Assembly (NCBI GenBank): GCA_964016885.1 | Contig: OZ024753.1 | Location: 14,570,001 to 14,634,000 of the forward strand | Length of the DNA stretch: 64,000 nucleotides | Direction: 5' to 3' | DNA from: Eledone cirrhosa | Lineage: Eukaryota | Part shown: piece by piece, positions 11,900 to 25,340 of the stretch | How positions within the stretch are numbered: position 1 is the stretch's first letter | How the letters are laid out: the number at the start of each line of letters is the position of its first letter | The notes under the pieces: model-generated | The model's input: the letters and a program-made list of their open reading frames with translations, nothing else | The model's database searches: none | Told to the model about the DNA's origin: nothing | Translations under genes and position numbers: made by a program

Positions 11900-13326
11900 G
11901 TAGATGAACAAAGAGAGAAATTAGGAATAAGAGGGATCAGATGTTGTTTACTCGAGAGAAGACTACGTTGGTATGGTCACGTGATGCGCATGAAAGACGA
12001 CAGCTGTATAAAAAAGTGCAGGGCGATCAAAATAGATGGAAGCTATGGAGTAGGTAGACACTGAAAAACCTGGGACTATTTGATAAATTCCGACCTTACA
12101 CAAAATAGGGCACCGGTCCCATCTGGGAAATGGCCATGCTCAGTGTGTAGGAAAGGAGTAGGTAGAAACTCCATTTTATGTCCCAAATGCAAAGTATGGG
12201 TACATAAAAGATGAAGTGGGATCACAGGTAAGCTAACTAAGAATATAGATTTTTATATGTGGCCGGTGCTCTGGTGCAATAAGTAGCAGCAAGTGCCCAC
12301 AAAATACTAGCTCTTTCCATTGCACAGATGGTTCTATAGAAATAGTGGACACCTTCCGTTACCTGGGGGATAAAATCAGCAGTGGGGGAGGGTGCTCTGA
12401 AAGTACAGTAGCTAGAGTCAGAACGGGATGGAAAAAGTTCAGAGAGCTTATACCACTATTGGCCGCTAAAGGGTTCTCTCTAAAAATGAAAGGCAGGCTG
12501 TATGATGCCTGCATACGAACAGCAATGTTACATGGCAGTGAGACCTGGGCATTGTGTGCAGAGGATATACGCAGACTGGAGAGAAATGAAGCTTGCATGC
12601 TCCACTGGATGTGTAATAGTAATATACGTGAATGGCAAAGCATAAACAAACTAAGGGAGAAATTAGAAATAAGAGGGATCAGATGTTGTTTACACGAGAG
12701 AAGACTACGTTGGTATGGTCACGTGATGTGCATGAAAGACGACAGCTGTATAAAAAAGTGCAGGGCAATAAAAATAGATGGTAGCCACGGAGTAGGCAGA
12801 CCCAGAAAAACCTGGGACGACTTGATAAATTCCGACCTCACACACTTACACCTCTCCAAGACAATGTCACTGGACCGAGATCTTTGGCGCTATGCAGTAA
12901 TACAGACGACCCGCCTTGCCCAAGTACAAAGCGAAATCTACAGTCAGTAGGCACCTCTTAACCAAATATACACCCCCACTCCACTAACCCTACCCCCACC
13001 CCCATCTACACCACCCCTTTCGCTGTAAAGTTATGTTGGTACCACAACATCCAGTCCTAAATAAATGAGGTCGTGTAGGTGTCACGACAAAAAAACACAC
13101 AGTCCATGCTGTAATGTGGCCGTGTAGGTAACACGGTAAAAACCTCCCAGTCCACACTGTAAACATGGTTGGTGTTAGAAAGGGCATCCAGCCGTAGAAA
13201 ACCTGCCAGACAGTCCCATATGAGAAAGACAACCAATCTTGCCTCACGTGGGACAATTCCCGTCTAAACCCATGCTAGCGTGGAAGATAGACGTTAAACG
13301 ATGATGATGATGATGATGATGATGAT
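11900..13326 (+). pseudogene. RTE LINE 3' fragments: 11900-12100 piece, then 12100-13326 from PHD region through 3'UTR and (GAT)n tail
   Basis: ORF 12345-12950 nearly identical to the C-terminus of 45109-47151 (FRYLGD, LHGSETW, LRWYGHV, GRPRKTW); TGA and a frameshift in the PHD segment. Confidence 0.9.
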
Positions 13327-13439
13327 GCCAGTTTGCCAAGTATTTTATACAATAAAGTCTATTTATCTTTAAGATTACACATTAGGGGTTCATTCTTTAG
13401 TGATTACAACCTTATATTCAGGCCAATATATATAATAAC

Positions 13440-13672
13440 TGTTGAGTGAAGATGTGTCGGGAAATGTCAGTGGAAGGGACGTTGAGGTAGGGTAGAGGAA
13501 AACCAAGTAACATCTGCTGGACAGAGTTTGTGAGAGCTGACCTTAAATCACTGAAACTCACAGAGGTGATGACAAAGGATTGTGACGTGTTGAGAGATGC
13601 TGTGCTGAGAAGGATTCATCCAACCCATGCATGTGTGGAAAAGTGGATGTAAAAACGATGATGATGATGATA
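13440..13672 (+). mobile_element. Old RTE-type 3' end
   Basis: Degenerate GRGKP...W coding trace, then CCCATGCATGTGTGGAAAAGTGGATGTAAAAACGATGATGATG tail. Confidence 0.55.
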
Positions 13673-14258
13673 ATATATATATCTATATAAGAGAGAGAAA
13701 GAAACCCATGAGGTAAATGGCAGAATCCAATCTTTCAAGTGACAGAATGTTTTGGGGTATTCTTTTCAGCTAACAGTATTCTGAGTTCAAATCCTGCTGA
13801 AGTTAACTTAGCTTTTTGTTTTTGGTAAATAAATATGGGTCCACTACTAGGTTGATAACTCCCTTTCTCTCCCTCACTCTCCCCACTACCTCTCTATATC
13901 TCCCTTCCAAATCGCCATTTCTCTCGCTCTCTCTCTCCTTCATCTCCCTTCCTCTCTGCCATTCTCACTCTAGACTGAACCTGTAATTCAAACGCCCAAC
14001 TCCTTCATGCTGTGTCATATTGAATATTGATTCAGTCTAGGAATTATATAAAAAATATATACATAACACCGTACTTATCTTCTTTCTGCCTCTCCCCACT
14101 TCACTGCACTTAACCCCACCCCACCCCACCCTACTCTTGGAGAAGAGAGGGCTCGTCTGTTGATGCAAAAATTCACAATCTTTCATGCGCTGGTGCCACA
14201 AAAATGTACCCGGTACACCCAGTAAGATTCATGGTGATAGGAAGGCCCGCACCAGCAC

Positions 14259-15808
14259 CTGGTGACCTTCAGACTGTCAGGGAGGTCAGTAACCATGCTT
14301 CAGTACTGGTGACCTACAGACTGTCAGGGAGGTCAGTAGCCCTACTTCAGTACTGGTGACCTACAGACTGTCAGGGAGGTCAGTAGCCCTACTTCAGTAC
14401 TGGTGACCTACAGCCTGTTTGGGAGGTCAGCAGCCCTACTTCAGTACTGGTGACCTACAGACTGTCAGGGAGGTCAGTAACCACGCTTCAGTACTGGTGA
14501 CCTACAGCCTGTTTGGGAGGTCAGTAGCCCTGCTTCAGTACTGGTGACCTACAGACTGTCAGGGAGGTCAGTAACCACGCTTCAGTACTGGTGACCTACA
14601 GACTGTCAGGGAGGTCAGTAACCACGCTTCAGTACTGGTGACCTACAGACTGTCAGGGAGGTCAGTAACCACGCTTCAGTACTGGTGACCTACAGACTGT
14701 CAGGGAGGTCAGTAGCCCTACTTCAGTACTGGTGACCTACAGCCTGTTTGGGAAGTCAGCAGCCCTGCTTCAGTACTGGTGACCTACAGACTGTCAGGGA
14801 GGTCAGTAGCCCTACTTCAGTACTGGTGACCTACAGCCTGTTTGGGAAGTCAGCAGCCCTGCTTCAGTACTGGTGACCTACAGACTGTCAGGGAGGTCAG
14901 TAGCCCTACTTCAGTACTGGTGACCTACAGCCTGTTTGGGAGGTCAGCAGCCCTACTTCAGTACTGGTGACCTACAGACTGTCAGGGAGGTCAGTAACCA
15001 CGCTTCAGTACTGGTGACCTACAGCCTGTTTGGGAGGTCAGTAGCCCTGCTTCAGTACTGGTGACCTACAGACTGTCAGGGAGGTCAGTAACCACGCTTC
15101 AGTACTGGTGACCTACAGCCTGTTTGGGAGGTCAGTAGCCCTGCTTCAGTACTGGTGACCTACAGACTGTCAGGGAGGTCAGTAACCACGCTTCAGTACT
15201 GGTGACCTACAGCCTGTTTGGGAGGTCAGTAGCCCTGCTTCAGTACTGGTGACCTACAGACTGTCAGGGAGGTCAGTAACCACGCTTCAGTACTGGTGAC
15301 CTACAGCCTGTTTGGGAGGTCAGTAGCCCTGCTTCAGTACTGGTGACCTACAGACTGTCAGGGAGGTCAGTAACCACGCTTCAGTACTGGTGACCTACAG
15401 ACTGTCAGGGAGGTCAGTAGCCCTACTTCAGTACTGGTGACCTACAGCCTGTTTGGGAAGTCAGCAGCCCTGCTTCAGTACTGGTGACCTACAGACTGTC
15501 AGGGAGGTCAGTAGCCCTACTTCAGTACTGGTGACCTACAGACTGTCAGGGAGGTCAGTAGCCCTACTTCAGTACTGGTGACCTACAGCCTGTTTGGGAA
15601 GTCAGCAGCCCTGCTTCAGTACTGGTGACCTACAGACTGTCAGGGAGGTCAGTAGCCCTACTTCAGTACTGGTGACCTACAGACTGTCAGGGAGGTCAGT
15701 AGCCCTACTTCAGTACTGGTGACCTACAGACTGTCAGGGAGGTCAGTAACCACGCTTCAGTACTGGTGACCTACAGACTGTCAGGGAGGTCAATAGCCCT
15801 ACTTCAGT
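14259..15808. repeat. 47-bp GC-rich minisatellite, about 33 copies
   Basis: Unit CTGGTGACCTACAGACTGTCAGGGAGGTCAGTAGCCCTACTTCAGTA; period confirmed 14259 to 14306. Confidence 0.95.
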
Positions 15809-15935
15809 TGTGACTCAGTTTATGAAGACCCATGTAAACCGTGCTAGCAGGGAAAACGGATGTTAAATATAATACACACACACACACACATACATATCAT
15901 ATATATATATATAATTATATATAAATGCACATACA

Positions 15936-15976
<41 letters not shown>

Positions 15977-16514
15977 CATATATATATGTGTGTATGTGTA
16001 TAAGTAATTTGAATATTTATGATGCTTGGAGTTTTAAATGAGTAGAAGTTAAAACAACAACAAAAAACAAACAATTAAGAAATACTAAACAGAAAAAAAC
16101 AAAAACGATCTTTTAAAATTCGCCAGGGAATCCCAAGCAACTCATTGTTTTAGAAAAAAATCGATATTTTTGAACAATTTGAAAGAGTTTAAAGGTTGAA
16201 ATATTTTCCTCTAATTGATCAAATTCAATAACATTGTTACAATCATTCCATTTTTATGTTGCAATCCTTTGGGATGTCTTAAAAGCATTGACAAAAATCA
16301 ATCTCAATTGTTCCTCAACTTATTTCTTCATTTTTTGTTTAACATTTTTTATTAAACTTGCATGCATGGCCGTGTGATTAAGGTGTTTGCTTTGTAAACA
16401 TTGTGGTTGTATAACTTTGTAAACACGTGCAACACCTAGGGAAAGTAAATTCTGCTACAACAGCTCTTTGTTGAACAAAGTCTTGTGAGTGGAATTTCAT
16501 AGATTGATAGAATA

Positions 16515-16982
16515 TCATCATCATCATCGTTTAATGTCCATCTTCCACGCCAGCATGGGTAGGATGGGCTGTCAATTTGGGAGAGGTCAGGGGACAGTGA
16601 TTCGCTCACAAAGAACTAATTTTGGTCTAATTTCTATGGTTGGATGCCCTTCTTAATGCCAACCTCATTTACAGTGTGGACTGAGTGCTTTTTGTCATGA
16701 CACCTACATGACCACTTTACAGTGTGGACTTGGTGCTTTTTCTTGTGACACCTACATGACCACTTTACAGTGTGGACTGGGTGCTTTTTGTCATGACACC
16801 AACACAACCATTTTACAGTGTGGACTGGGTACTTTTTCTCATGACACCTACATGACCACTTTACATTGTGGACTGGGTGCTTTTTGTCTTGACACCTACA
16901 TGACCACTTTACAGTGTGGACTGGGTGCTTTTTGTCTTGACACTTACACGACCACTTTATAGTGTGGACTGGGTGCTTTTTC
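16515..16982 (-). mobile_element. RTE-type 3' tail with about 6-7 copies of the 48-bp unit
   Basis: (CAT)n, tail motif, then 48-bp repeats 16665-16980, reverse of 2826-3895. Confidence 0.75.
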
Positions 16983-17438
16983 TCAGAGTACGTATATATA
17001 TATATGTGTGTGTATGTGTGTGTCTGATGATCCATCAATTGCAGAGTTGTGCCCGATTGATACCAATTGTTTCTTGAACTGATCGATAGAGAAGTGTGCG
17101 TTACACATGAATAAACATAGTCATGCTATATTGATATCTTGTTCCTTGTTATTATATATATATATGTGTGTGTGTATGAATATATGTATGTATGTGTGAG
17201 CATGTCCTTCAATCTGTATGTTGTCATGTTTATGCCATATAAACTAGCAGTTGAACAAATAAAGATTGATAAAATATGTACAACAAGACTTGAAGAAAAA
17301 AGTGATGGGATTGATATATATATATAAACTAAAACTGAACACTACCTAATACTTATTACTAATTTATATTTATTCCTAATTCCAAATTAAACTATTTTTC
17401 ACTGGGAAAAATTTGTCAGCATTTTCTTTTCCTTTTTA

Positions 17439-17473
<35 letters not shown>

Positions 17474-17651
17474 AAATGTTACAGTATCATGAGAGAGAAT
17501 AGAGAGAAGAACCGTTATAGAAAGAGACGATACAGATAATTAATTGTCATAAGCAATGCTTGTGCAGATAGGGTTAAATATTAGAAGTGTTAATATTTAG
17601 TGTGCGAATTTAAGCAGAACAATTATAATCGGAGAATTTGATGAAAAAGAA

Positions 17652-17952
17652 GCAAGGGTGGGACGGAAACTGATGCTGGCATGATTTCTACAGCTGGATG
17701 CCCTTCCTAACACCAACCTCATTTACAGTGAGAGCTGGGTGCTTTTTTGCCGTGGCACCTCCACGACCACTTTGCAGTGGAATGATAGGGATCCCAGTCC
17801 CTATCATCTCATTTCTACAGCTGAGTAAACTGGAGCAATGTGAAATAAAGTGTCTTGCTCAAGGAAACAACACATCACCCGGTCTGAGAATTGAACTCAC
17901 AACCTTTCGATTGCAAGGCCAATGCTCTAACCACTAAGCCATGCGCCTCCAT
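17652..17952 (-). mobile_element. SINE family A
   Basis: Head at 17952, tail truncated. Confidence 0.85.
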
Positions 17953-17995
17953 AAATATATTTTAACGGCTTGCTTCTTTTTCCTCAATTTCTTTG

Positions 17996-18047
<52 letters not shown>

Positions 18048-18292
18048 AAGGAAGGCAGTTCTTCTGTATTACTGTGTAGCACCAAAGGTCTCGATCCAGT
18101 GACATTGTCTTTTCATTGTCATATCATATACTGCGTAAAAAACCACATGGTACAGTAGCATGATGCAACTTCAATACTGTATGAAAATTATCTACACGTT
18201 GTATTAGGACAATATGAAAGTCTTATATTGACCCTAGAAATAGCTGAAAACATTAAAAGGAGCAGTCATTATTAATATAACTCTCCAGAGCA

Positions 18293-18622
18293 ATGGAGGC
18301 ACATGGCTTAGTGGTTAGAGCATTGGCATTGCAATCGAAAGGTTGTGAGTTCAATTCTCAGACCGGGTGATGTGTTGTTTCCTTGAGCAAGACACTTTAT
18401 TTCACATTGCTCCAGTTTACTCAGCTGTAGAAATGAGATGATAGGGACTGGGATCCCTATCATTCCACTGCAAAGTGGTCGTGGAGGTGCCACCAGCACT
18501 CACTGTAAATGAGGTTGGTGTTAGGAAGGGCATCCAGCTGTAGAAATAATGCCAGCATCAGTTTCCGTCCCACCCTTGCAAGCAGGGAAAAGTGGACGTA
18601 AAAAGAAATGATGATGATGATG
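18293..18622 (+). mobile_element. SINE family A with small internal deletion
   Basis: ATGGAGGCACATGGCTTAGTGG head to (GAT)n tail. Confidence 0.85.
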
Positions 18623-18742
18623 AAGAAGCTCTTACACATGTTATGTCCAAGTTGGGCTCTTCAGGGTTCTTTATTAAATCTTTTACTTTCTTGTAAGCCT
18701 CTGAAGAACCCAGCTTGGGCGTAACATGGGTAAGAGCTTCTT
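18623..18742. ncRNA. Inverted pair of decayed hammerhead-like motifs
   Basis: Plus 18695-18739: AAGCCT-CTGAAGA-ACCCAGCTTGGGC-GTAA-CATGGG-TA-AGAGCTT (GAAA mutated). Minus arm 18623-18664: CTGAAGA-GCCCAACTTGGAC-ATAA-CATGTG-TA-AGAGCTT. Confidence 0.45.
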
Positions 18743-18953
18743 ATAAATATATTTTAACGGCTTGCTTCTTTTTCATCAAATTCTCCGATTATAATTGTTC
18801 TGCTTAAATTCGCACACTAAATATTAACACTTCTAATATTTAACCCTGTCTGCACAAGCATTGAGCAATATTGCTTATGACAATTAATTATCTGTACCGT
18901 CTCTTTCTATAACGTTTCTTCTCTCTATTCTCTCTCATGATACTGTAACATTT

Positions 18954-19010
<57 letters not shown>

Positions 19011-19553
19011 TAAAAAGGAAAAGAAAATGCTGACAAATTTTTCCCAGTGAAAAATAGTTTAATTTGGAATTAGGAATAAATATAAATTAGTAATAAGTAT
19101 AAATTAGTAATAAGTATTAGGTAATGTTCAGTTTTAGTTTTAAGTTTTTACTGGCTGCGCATTTCTTATGCTTTTCAAAAATAATTTTGAGATAGAGTGC
19201 TCGTGATTTTTACTCTAATCTATATAATATGTATATAATCGATATAATATATATATATATATACATACATACATATATATAATCTATATAAAATATATAT
19301 AATCTATATAATATATATATATATATACATTACATACATATATATAATCTATATAATATATATATAATCTATATAATATATATATATATATATATACATA
19401 CATACATATATATAATCTATATAATATATATATAATCTATATAATATATATAAATATATACATACATACATATAATCTATATAATATATATATATAAATA
19501 CATACATATATATATATATATACCCATATATATATATATATATATATACATAT

Positions 19554-19980
19554 ATAATATAAGATCAAAAGATGGTTAAAGGAGTTCCATGTATTTTATT
19601 ATGCGCATTTCAAAAACAAACATCATCATGCAATAATATTTGTGTTTTCATCAGATAAAACAGGAGAACATGATATGAAGGTTAAAAAACACTTGTGGAT
19701 AGTGCAGTTTTAAATCAACATATGTTGATTTAAAACTGCACTATCCACAAGTGTTTTTTAACCTTCATATCATGTTCTCCTGTTTTATCTGATGAAAACA
19801 CAAATATTATTGCATGATGATGTTTGTTTTTGAAATGCGCATAATAAAATACATGGAACTCCTTTAACCATCTTTTGATCTTATATTATGTATACTCCAG
19901 TCCTACAAACTGTAGAGTGCTTCTTATCCGATATCTGCATTGCTTTATTGTACTACAATAAAACTCACCTCCTACATTAT
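19554..19980 (+). mobile_element. (TA)n-flanked HHR element: 336-bp palindrome (19554-19889) plus about 90-bp unpaired tail
   Basis: Palindrome centre AACAT|ATGTT at 19721/19722; arms appear perfect; tail carries TACTCCAG...GAGTGCTTC shared with the 4.2 and 62.4 kb elements. Confidence 0.8.
19781..19851 (+). ncRNA. Type I minimal hammerhead ribozyme (family H2); mirror copy 19592-19662 on minus
   Basis: Stem I TGTTTTAT / ATAAAATA; CTGATGA 19789-19795; long stem II ACAAATATTATT / GATGATGTTTGT; GAAA 19832-19835; palindromic stem III ATGCGCAT; cleavage after AUA (19843). Confidence 0.8.
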
Positions 19981-19984
19981 ATAC

Positions 19985-20041
<57 letters not shown>

Positions 20042-20144
20042 CATACATACATATATGTATATCTACAAATAACTGTGTTTGTACATATTTCATACAACCT
20101 TATAGTTACTACTTAATTGTATTATCTATATGTATACATATTAG

Positions 20145-20277
20145 AGAGGGTGTGGTAAGATACCAGGTGGACTATAACCCACCAGAGTACTCAACACTTG
20201 GGGTAGTATAGTGGGTAATATGAAAAGGTTCAGGACCCTGATGGCTGAGCTCCAACGGGGTCCTAAATCTTTTCATA
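20145..20277 (-). mobile_element. Hairpin-plus-tail element (family of 55729-56125)
   Basis: Tail GGTGTGGTAAGATACCAGGTGGAC...CCAGAGTACTCAA is the reverse complement of 56050-56120; hairpin ATGAAAAGGTTCAGGACCC / GGGTCCTAAATCTTTTCAT. Confidence 0.65.
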
Positions 20278-20449
20278 TATATATATATATATTTGGCATT
20301 AGGAAAGACATTCAGCTGTAGAAACTAAGCCAAAATTAGTTCAATGTGAGCTGGAGACAGGCATCTGCTCTGGCTTGGCTCACATCTGGACAACTTGTCT
20401 AACTCATGCTAGCATGAAAAAATGGACGTTAAACAGTGGGGCTGATGAT

Positions 20450-21220
20450 ATAATTGTTTCTATTTTTGGCACAAGGCCAGAAATTTCCCAGTGCATTACT
20501 GGTACTTTATTTTATCGACCCCGTAAGGATGAAAGGCAAAGTTAACCTTGGCGTGATTTGAACTCAGACCATAAAGGGCCGTAACTCTTAGCTGCAAAGC
20601 ATGGCGTCCGACCCTCTACCGATACTACAGTACCTTATCTATCAGTTGCAATAGTCTCAGATGCTATACCATCTACTTTGGTCAATATATTTCCGACAGG
20701 TGAGCTTCAAAACCGATTCATGTCACTTTTCTCATCTGTTTCATCATACAGATATAATTAATTTTCAAACATGACCCAATTTTTCTATGAAGTCTTCTCA
20801 CTTTACATACAAAATTCTCACCAACACCACTCTGCCACTTCTCTCACACGATGTATTAATCTATTAAACTTCCAACTCACAATGTTTATTGGATAGTTAT
20901 TCCTGTCTAATATCTTCAGATCTTTGAAATTCACTTTTCATGAACTGCAGTCTTCATGTAGCTACTCAATCTGTTAGAAATAGCAGCCAATATCTATCAA
21001 ACTGAATATTACTGACTCATATAATTGTTTCTACTTTTAATTGTTTCTACAAGGCCAGCAAATTACCCCAGTGTATTACTGGTTCTTTATTTTATCGACC
21101 CCATAAGGATGAAAGGCAAAGTTAACCTCGGCTGGATTTGAACTCAGAATGGCAAGGGCCGTAACTCTATGCATCAAAGCATGGCGTCCGACCCTCTACC
21201 GAAACTGCCAATCCACTGAC
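20450..21220 (-). mobile_element. Two SINE family C copies (20450-20630, 21020-21220)
   Basis: Reverse complement of the SINE C consensus. Confidence 0.8.
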
Positions 21221-21239
21221 TCATATAATGAAAGGATAT

Positions 21240-22060
21240 ATAGGTTGAGAATCCTCTATCCAAAATACTTAGGACTGGAACTGTTTTAAATTTTGGATTT
21301 TTTCCGGATTACCTATGGTTAGGAATTTCAGGTAATGACAAAAAGAATACAATTGCAAATGCAAGTGGCCAAAATGGAGTTCCTCTGAATGGTCTTTGGA
21401 GTGGCATAACTTGACAGAAAGCATAGCTCAGAGGTCAGAGAGTTACTTCAGGTAGAGTTGCTACTTCTCCAAATTGAGAGATGACAGCTTGAATAGTATG
21501 GGTATGTGGTTAGAATGTCTCGAGAAAGAATCACTGGACAGATTTCATGGGCAAAACCAGCCAGCAGGAGACCAAGAGGTAGAGCCTGAGCAAGATGGTT
21601 GGGGAACATCAATGCACTCAGCTGGTCTCGCTTGGAGATCCAGCCATATTAGTTGGGGATGGTTGTTTCTGACAGAACCTGTTGGAAGGAGTGTTGGTAG
21701 ACTCTGCCCCCACGACCCTCTCAGGAATAAATGGGCAAAGAAGAAGAAGAATATTTGTATACAACATCTATAAAATGTAACAACTTGGGATGGAACTCAT
21801 GTCTAAACACAATATCCATTTACATTTCATGAGAACACACCTCAGATCATTGAAGCTCACGGTGGAGATGACGAGAGACCATGACGAGTGGAGAGATGCT
21901 GTGCTGAATAAGACCCGTCCCACCCTTGCAAGCAGGGAAAAGCGGACGTAAAATGATGATGATGATGATGATGATGAATACAGCTTATAGATATACCCTA
22001 ATGGTAGTTTTATATATACGTATACCCTAATGGTAGTTTTATATATATACTCTAATGGTA
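21240..22060 (+). mobile_element. Tigger/pogo-like MITE split by a decayed LINE fragment (about 21310-21750) and an RTE end (21870-21975)
   Basis: TA-TAGGTTGAGAATCCTCTATCCAAAATACTTAGGAC...TTTTGGATTTTTTCCGGATT, resuming ...TTGGGATGGAACTCATGTCTAAACAC...; resembles Tigger4/MER46-type sequence from memory. Confidence 0.45.
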
Positions 22061-22065
22061 GTATT

Positions 22066-22350
22066 TATGTTGGTGCCACATCATCCATTCCTAAACAAAT
22101 GAGGTCGTGTAGGTGTCACGACAAAAAAAAACACAGTCCACGCTGTAATGTGGCCGTGTAGGTAACACGGTAAAAACCTCCCAGTCCACACTGTAAACGT
22201 GGTTGGTGTTAGAAAGGGCATCCAGCCGTAGAAAACCCGCCAGACCGTCCTATACGAGCGAGACAACCAATCTTGCCTCAAGTGGGACAATTCCCGCCTA
22301 AACCCATGCTAGCATGGAAGATAGACGTTAAACGATTATGATGATGATGA
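22066..22350 (+). mobile_element. RTE LINE 3'UTR fragment
   Basis: Matches 13030-13320; ends (GAT)n. Confidence 0.8.
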
Positions 22351-25254
22351 CTAGCTGGCCTGTCCGGCTGGCGCCCGGCTACTATTGGCATGTTCTATGG
22401 CATCCAGGTATATATATATATAACTGATGTACCTAACTTCGCTTGGATAAACAGACGATAAGCCGTCTGTGTAGTATAGTATTACTGTTGAAAATATATA
22501 GTATAGTATTACTGTTGAAAATATATAGTATAGTATTACTGTTGAAAATATATAGTATAGTATTACTGTTGAAAATATAGAGTTACAGTATTACTGTTGA
22601 AAATATAGAAGTATAGTATTACTGTTGAAAATATATAGTATAGTATTACTGATGAAAATATAGAGTTACAGTATTACTGTTGAAAATATAGAAGTATAGT
22701 ATTACTGTTGAAAATATATAGTACAGTATTACTGTTGAAAATATAGAAGTATAGTATTACTGATGAAAATATAGAGTTACAGTATTACTGTTGAAAATAT
22801 AGAAGTATAGTATTACTGTTGAAAATATATAGTATAGTATTACTGTTGAAAATATATAGTATAGTATTACTGATGAAAATATAGAGTTACAGTATTACTG
22901 TTGAAAATATAGAAGTATAGTATTACTGATGAAAATATAGAGTTACAGTATTACTGTTGAAAATATAGAAGTATAGTATTACTGTTGAAAATATATAGTA
23001 CAGTATTACTGTTGAAAATATAGAAGTATAGTATTACTGTTGAAAATATATAGTATAGTATTACTGTTGAAAATATAGAAGTATAGTATTACTGTTGAAA
23101 ATATAGAGTATAGTATTACTGTTGAAAATATGTAGTGTAGTATTACTGTTGAAAATATATAGTACAGTATTACTGTTGAAAATATGTAGTGTAGTATTAC
23201 TGTTGAAAATATATAGTATAGTATTACTGTTGAAAATATATAGTGTAGTACAGTATTACTGTTGAAAATATGTAGTATAGTATTACTGTTGAAAATATGT
23301 AGTATAGTATTACTGTTGAAAATATATAGTTACAGGATTACTGTTGAAAATATGTAGTATAGTATTACTGTTGAAAATATATAGTATAGTATTACTGTTG
23401 AAAATATATAGTATAGTATAGTATTACTGTTGAAAATATATAGTATAGTATTACTGTTGAAAATATATAGTATAGTATTACTGTTGAAAATATATAGTAT
23501 AGTATTACTGTTGAAAATATATAGTATAGTATAGTATTACTGTTGAAAATATATAGTACAGTATTACTGTTGAAAATATATAGTATAGTATTACTGTTGA
23601 AAATATATAGTATAGTATTACTGTTGAAAATATAGAGTATAGTATTACTGTTGAAAATATATAGTATAGTATTACTGTTGAAAATATATAGTATAGTATT
23701 ACTGTTGAAAATATATAGTATAGTATTACTGTTGAAAATATATAGTATAGTATTACTGTTGAAAATATATAGTATAGTATTACTGTTGAAAATATATAGT
23801 ATAGTATTACTGTTGAAAATATATAGTATAGTATTACTGTTGAAAATATATAGTATAGTATTACTGATGAAAATATAGAGTTACAGTATTACTGTTGAAA
23901 ATATAGAAGTATAGTATTACTGATGAAAATATAGAGTTACAGTATTACTGTTGAAAATATAGAAGTATAGTATTACTGTTGAAAATATATAGTACAGTAT
24001 TACTGTTGAAAATATAGAAGTATAGTATTACTGTTGAAAATATATAGTATAGTATTACTGTTGAAAATATAGAAGTATAGTATTACTGTTGAAAATATAG
24101 AGTATAGTATTACTGTTGAAAATATGTAGTGTAGTATTACTGTTGAAAATATATAGTACAGTATTACTGTTGAAAATATGTAGTGTAGTATTACTGTTGA
24201 AAATATATAGTATAGTATTACTGTTGAAAATATATAGTGTAGTACAGTATTACTGTTGAAAATATGTAGTATAGTATTACTGTTGAAAATATGTAGTATA
24301 GTATTACTGTTGAAAATATATAGTTACAGGATTACTGTTGAAAATATGTAGTATAGTATTACTGTTGAAAATATATAGTATAGTATTACTGTTGAAAATA
24401 TATAGTATAGTATAGTATTACTGTTGAAAATATATAGTATAGTATTACTGTTGAAAATATATAGTATAGTATTACTGTTGAAAATATATAGTATAGTATT
24501 ACTGTTGAAAATATATAGTATAGTATTACTGTTGAAAATATATAGTACAGTATTACTGTTGAAAATATATAGTATAGTATTACTGTTGAAAATATATAGT
24601 ATAGTATTACTGTTGGAAATATAGAGTATAGTATTACTGTTGAAAATATATAGTATAGTATTACTGTTGAAAATATATAGTATAGTATTACTGTTGAAAA
24701 TATATAGTATAGTATTACTGTTGAAAATATATAGTATAGTATTACTGTTGAAAATATATAGTATAGTATTACTGTTGAAAATATATAGTATAGTATTACT
24801 GTTGAAAATATATAGTATAGTATTACTGTTGAAAATATATAGTATAGTATTACTGTTGAAAATATATAGTATAGTATTACTGTTGAAAATATGTGCACGA
24901 ATATATAATTATATATATATATAATTAATTAAAAGTTGGTTAGAAGCGAAGTCAATGCAGACATACAGACAGATATTATAAGGGCGCGAATTTATAGCTA
25001 TGTATCTATCTAAAAATACAGAGTAAGAAAGAGAGAGGAATGTTGTATTATATATATTATTTATAATAAAGTACCAGTAATGTACTGGAATAATTGCTGG
25101 CCTTGTGCCAAAAGTAGAAACAATTATACTTTTTTATACAACTGCAAATAACATGTTTATGTATGTATATATACGTATAACAGAATTCTGTAATAAAATG
25201 TACAAATTAAACTGTCTCTTATTTATGATACACTAAATATATATATACACACAC

Positions 25255-25286
<32 letters not shown>

Positions 25287-25300
25287 CACACACACACACA

Positions 25301-25340
<40 letters not shown>

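Noticed and set aside
17698-17937. Recurrent 79-aa [12 protein letters not shown]...QCSNH as a gene family
   Set aside because: Antisense reading of SINE family A, broken in many copies.
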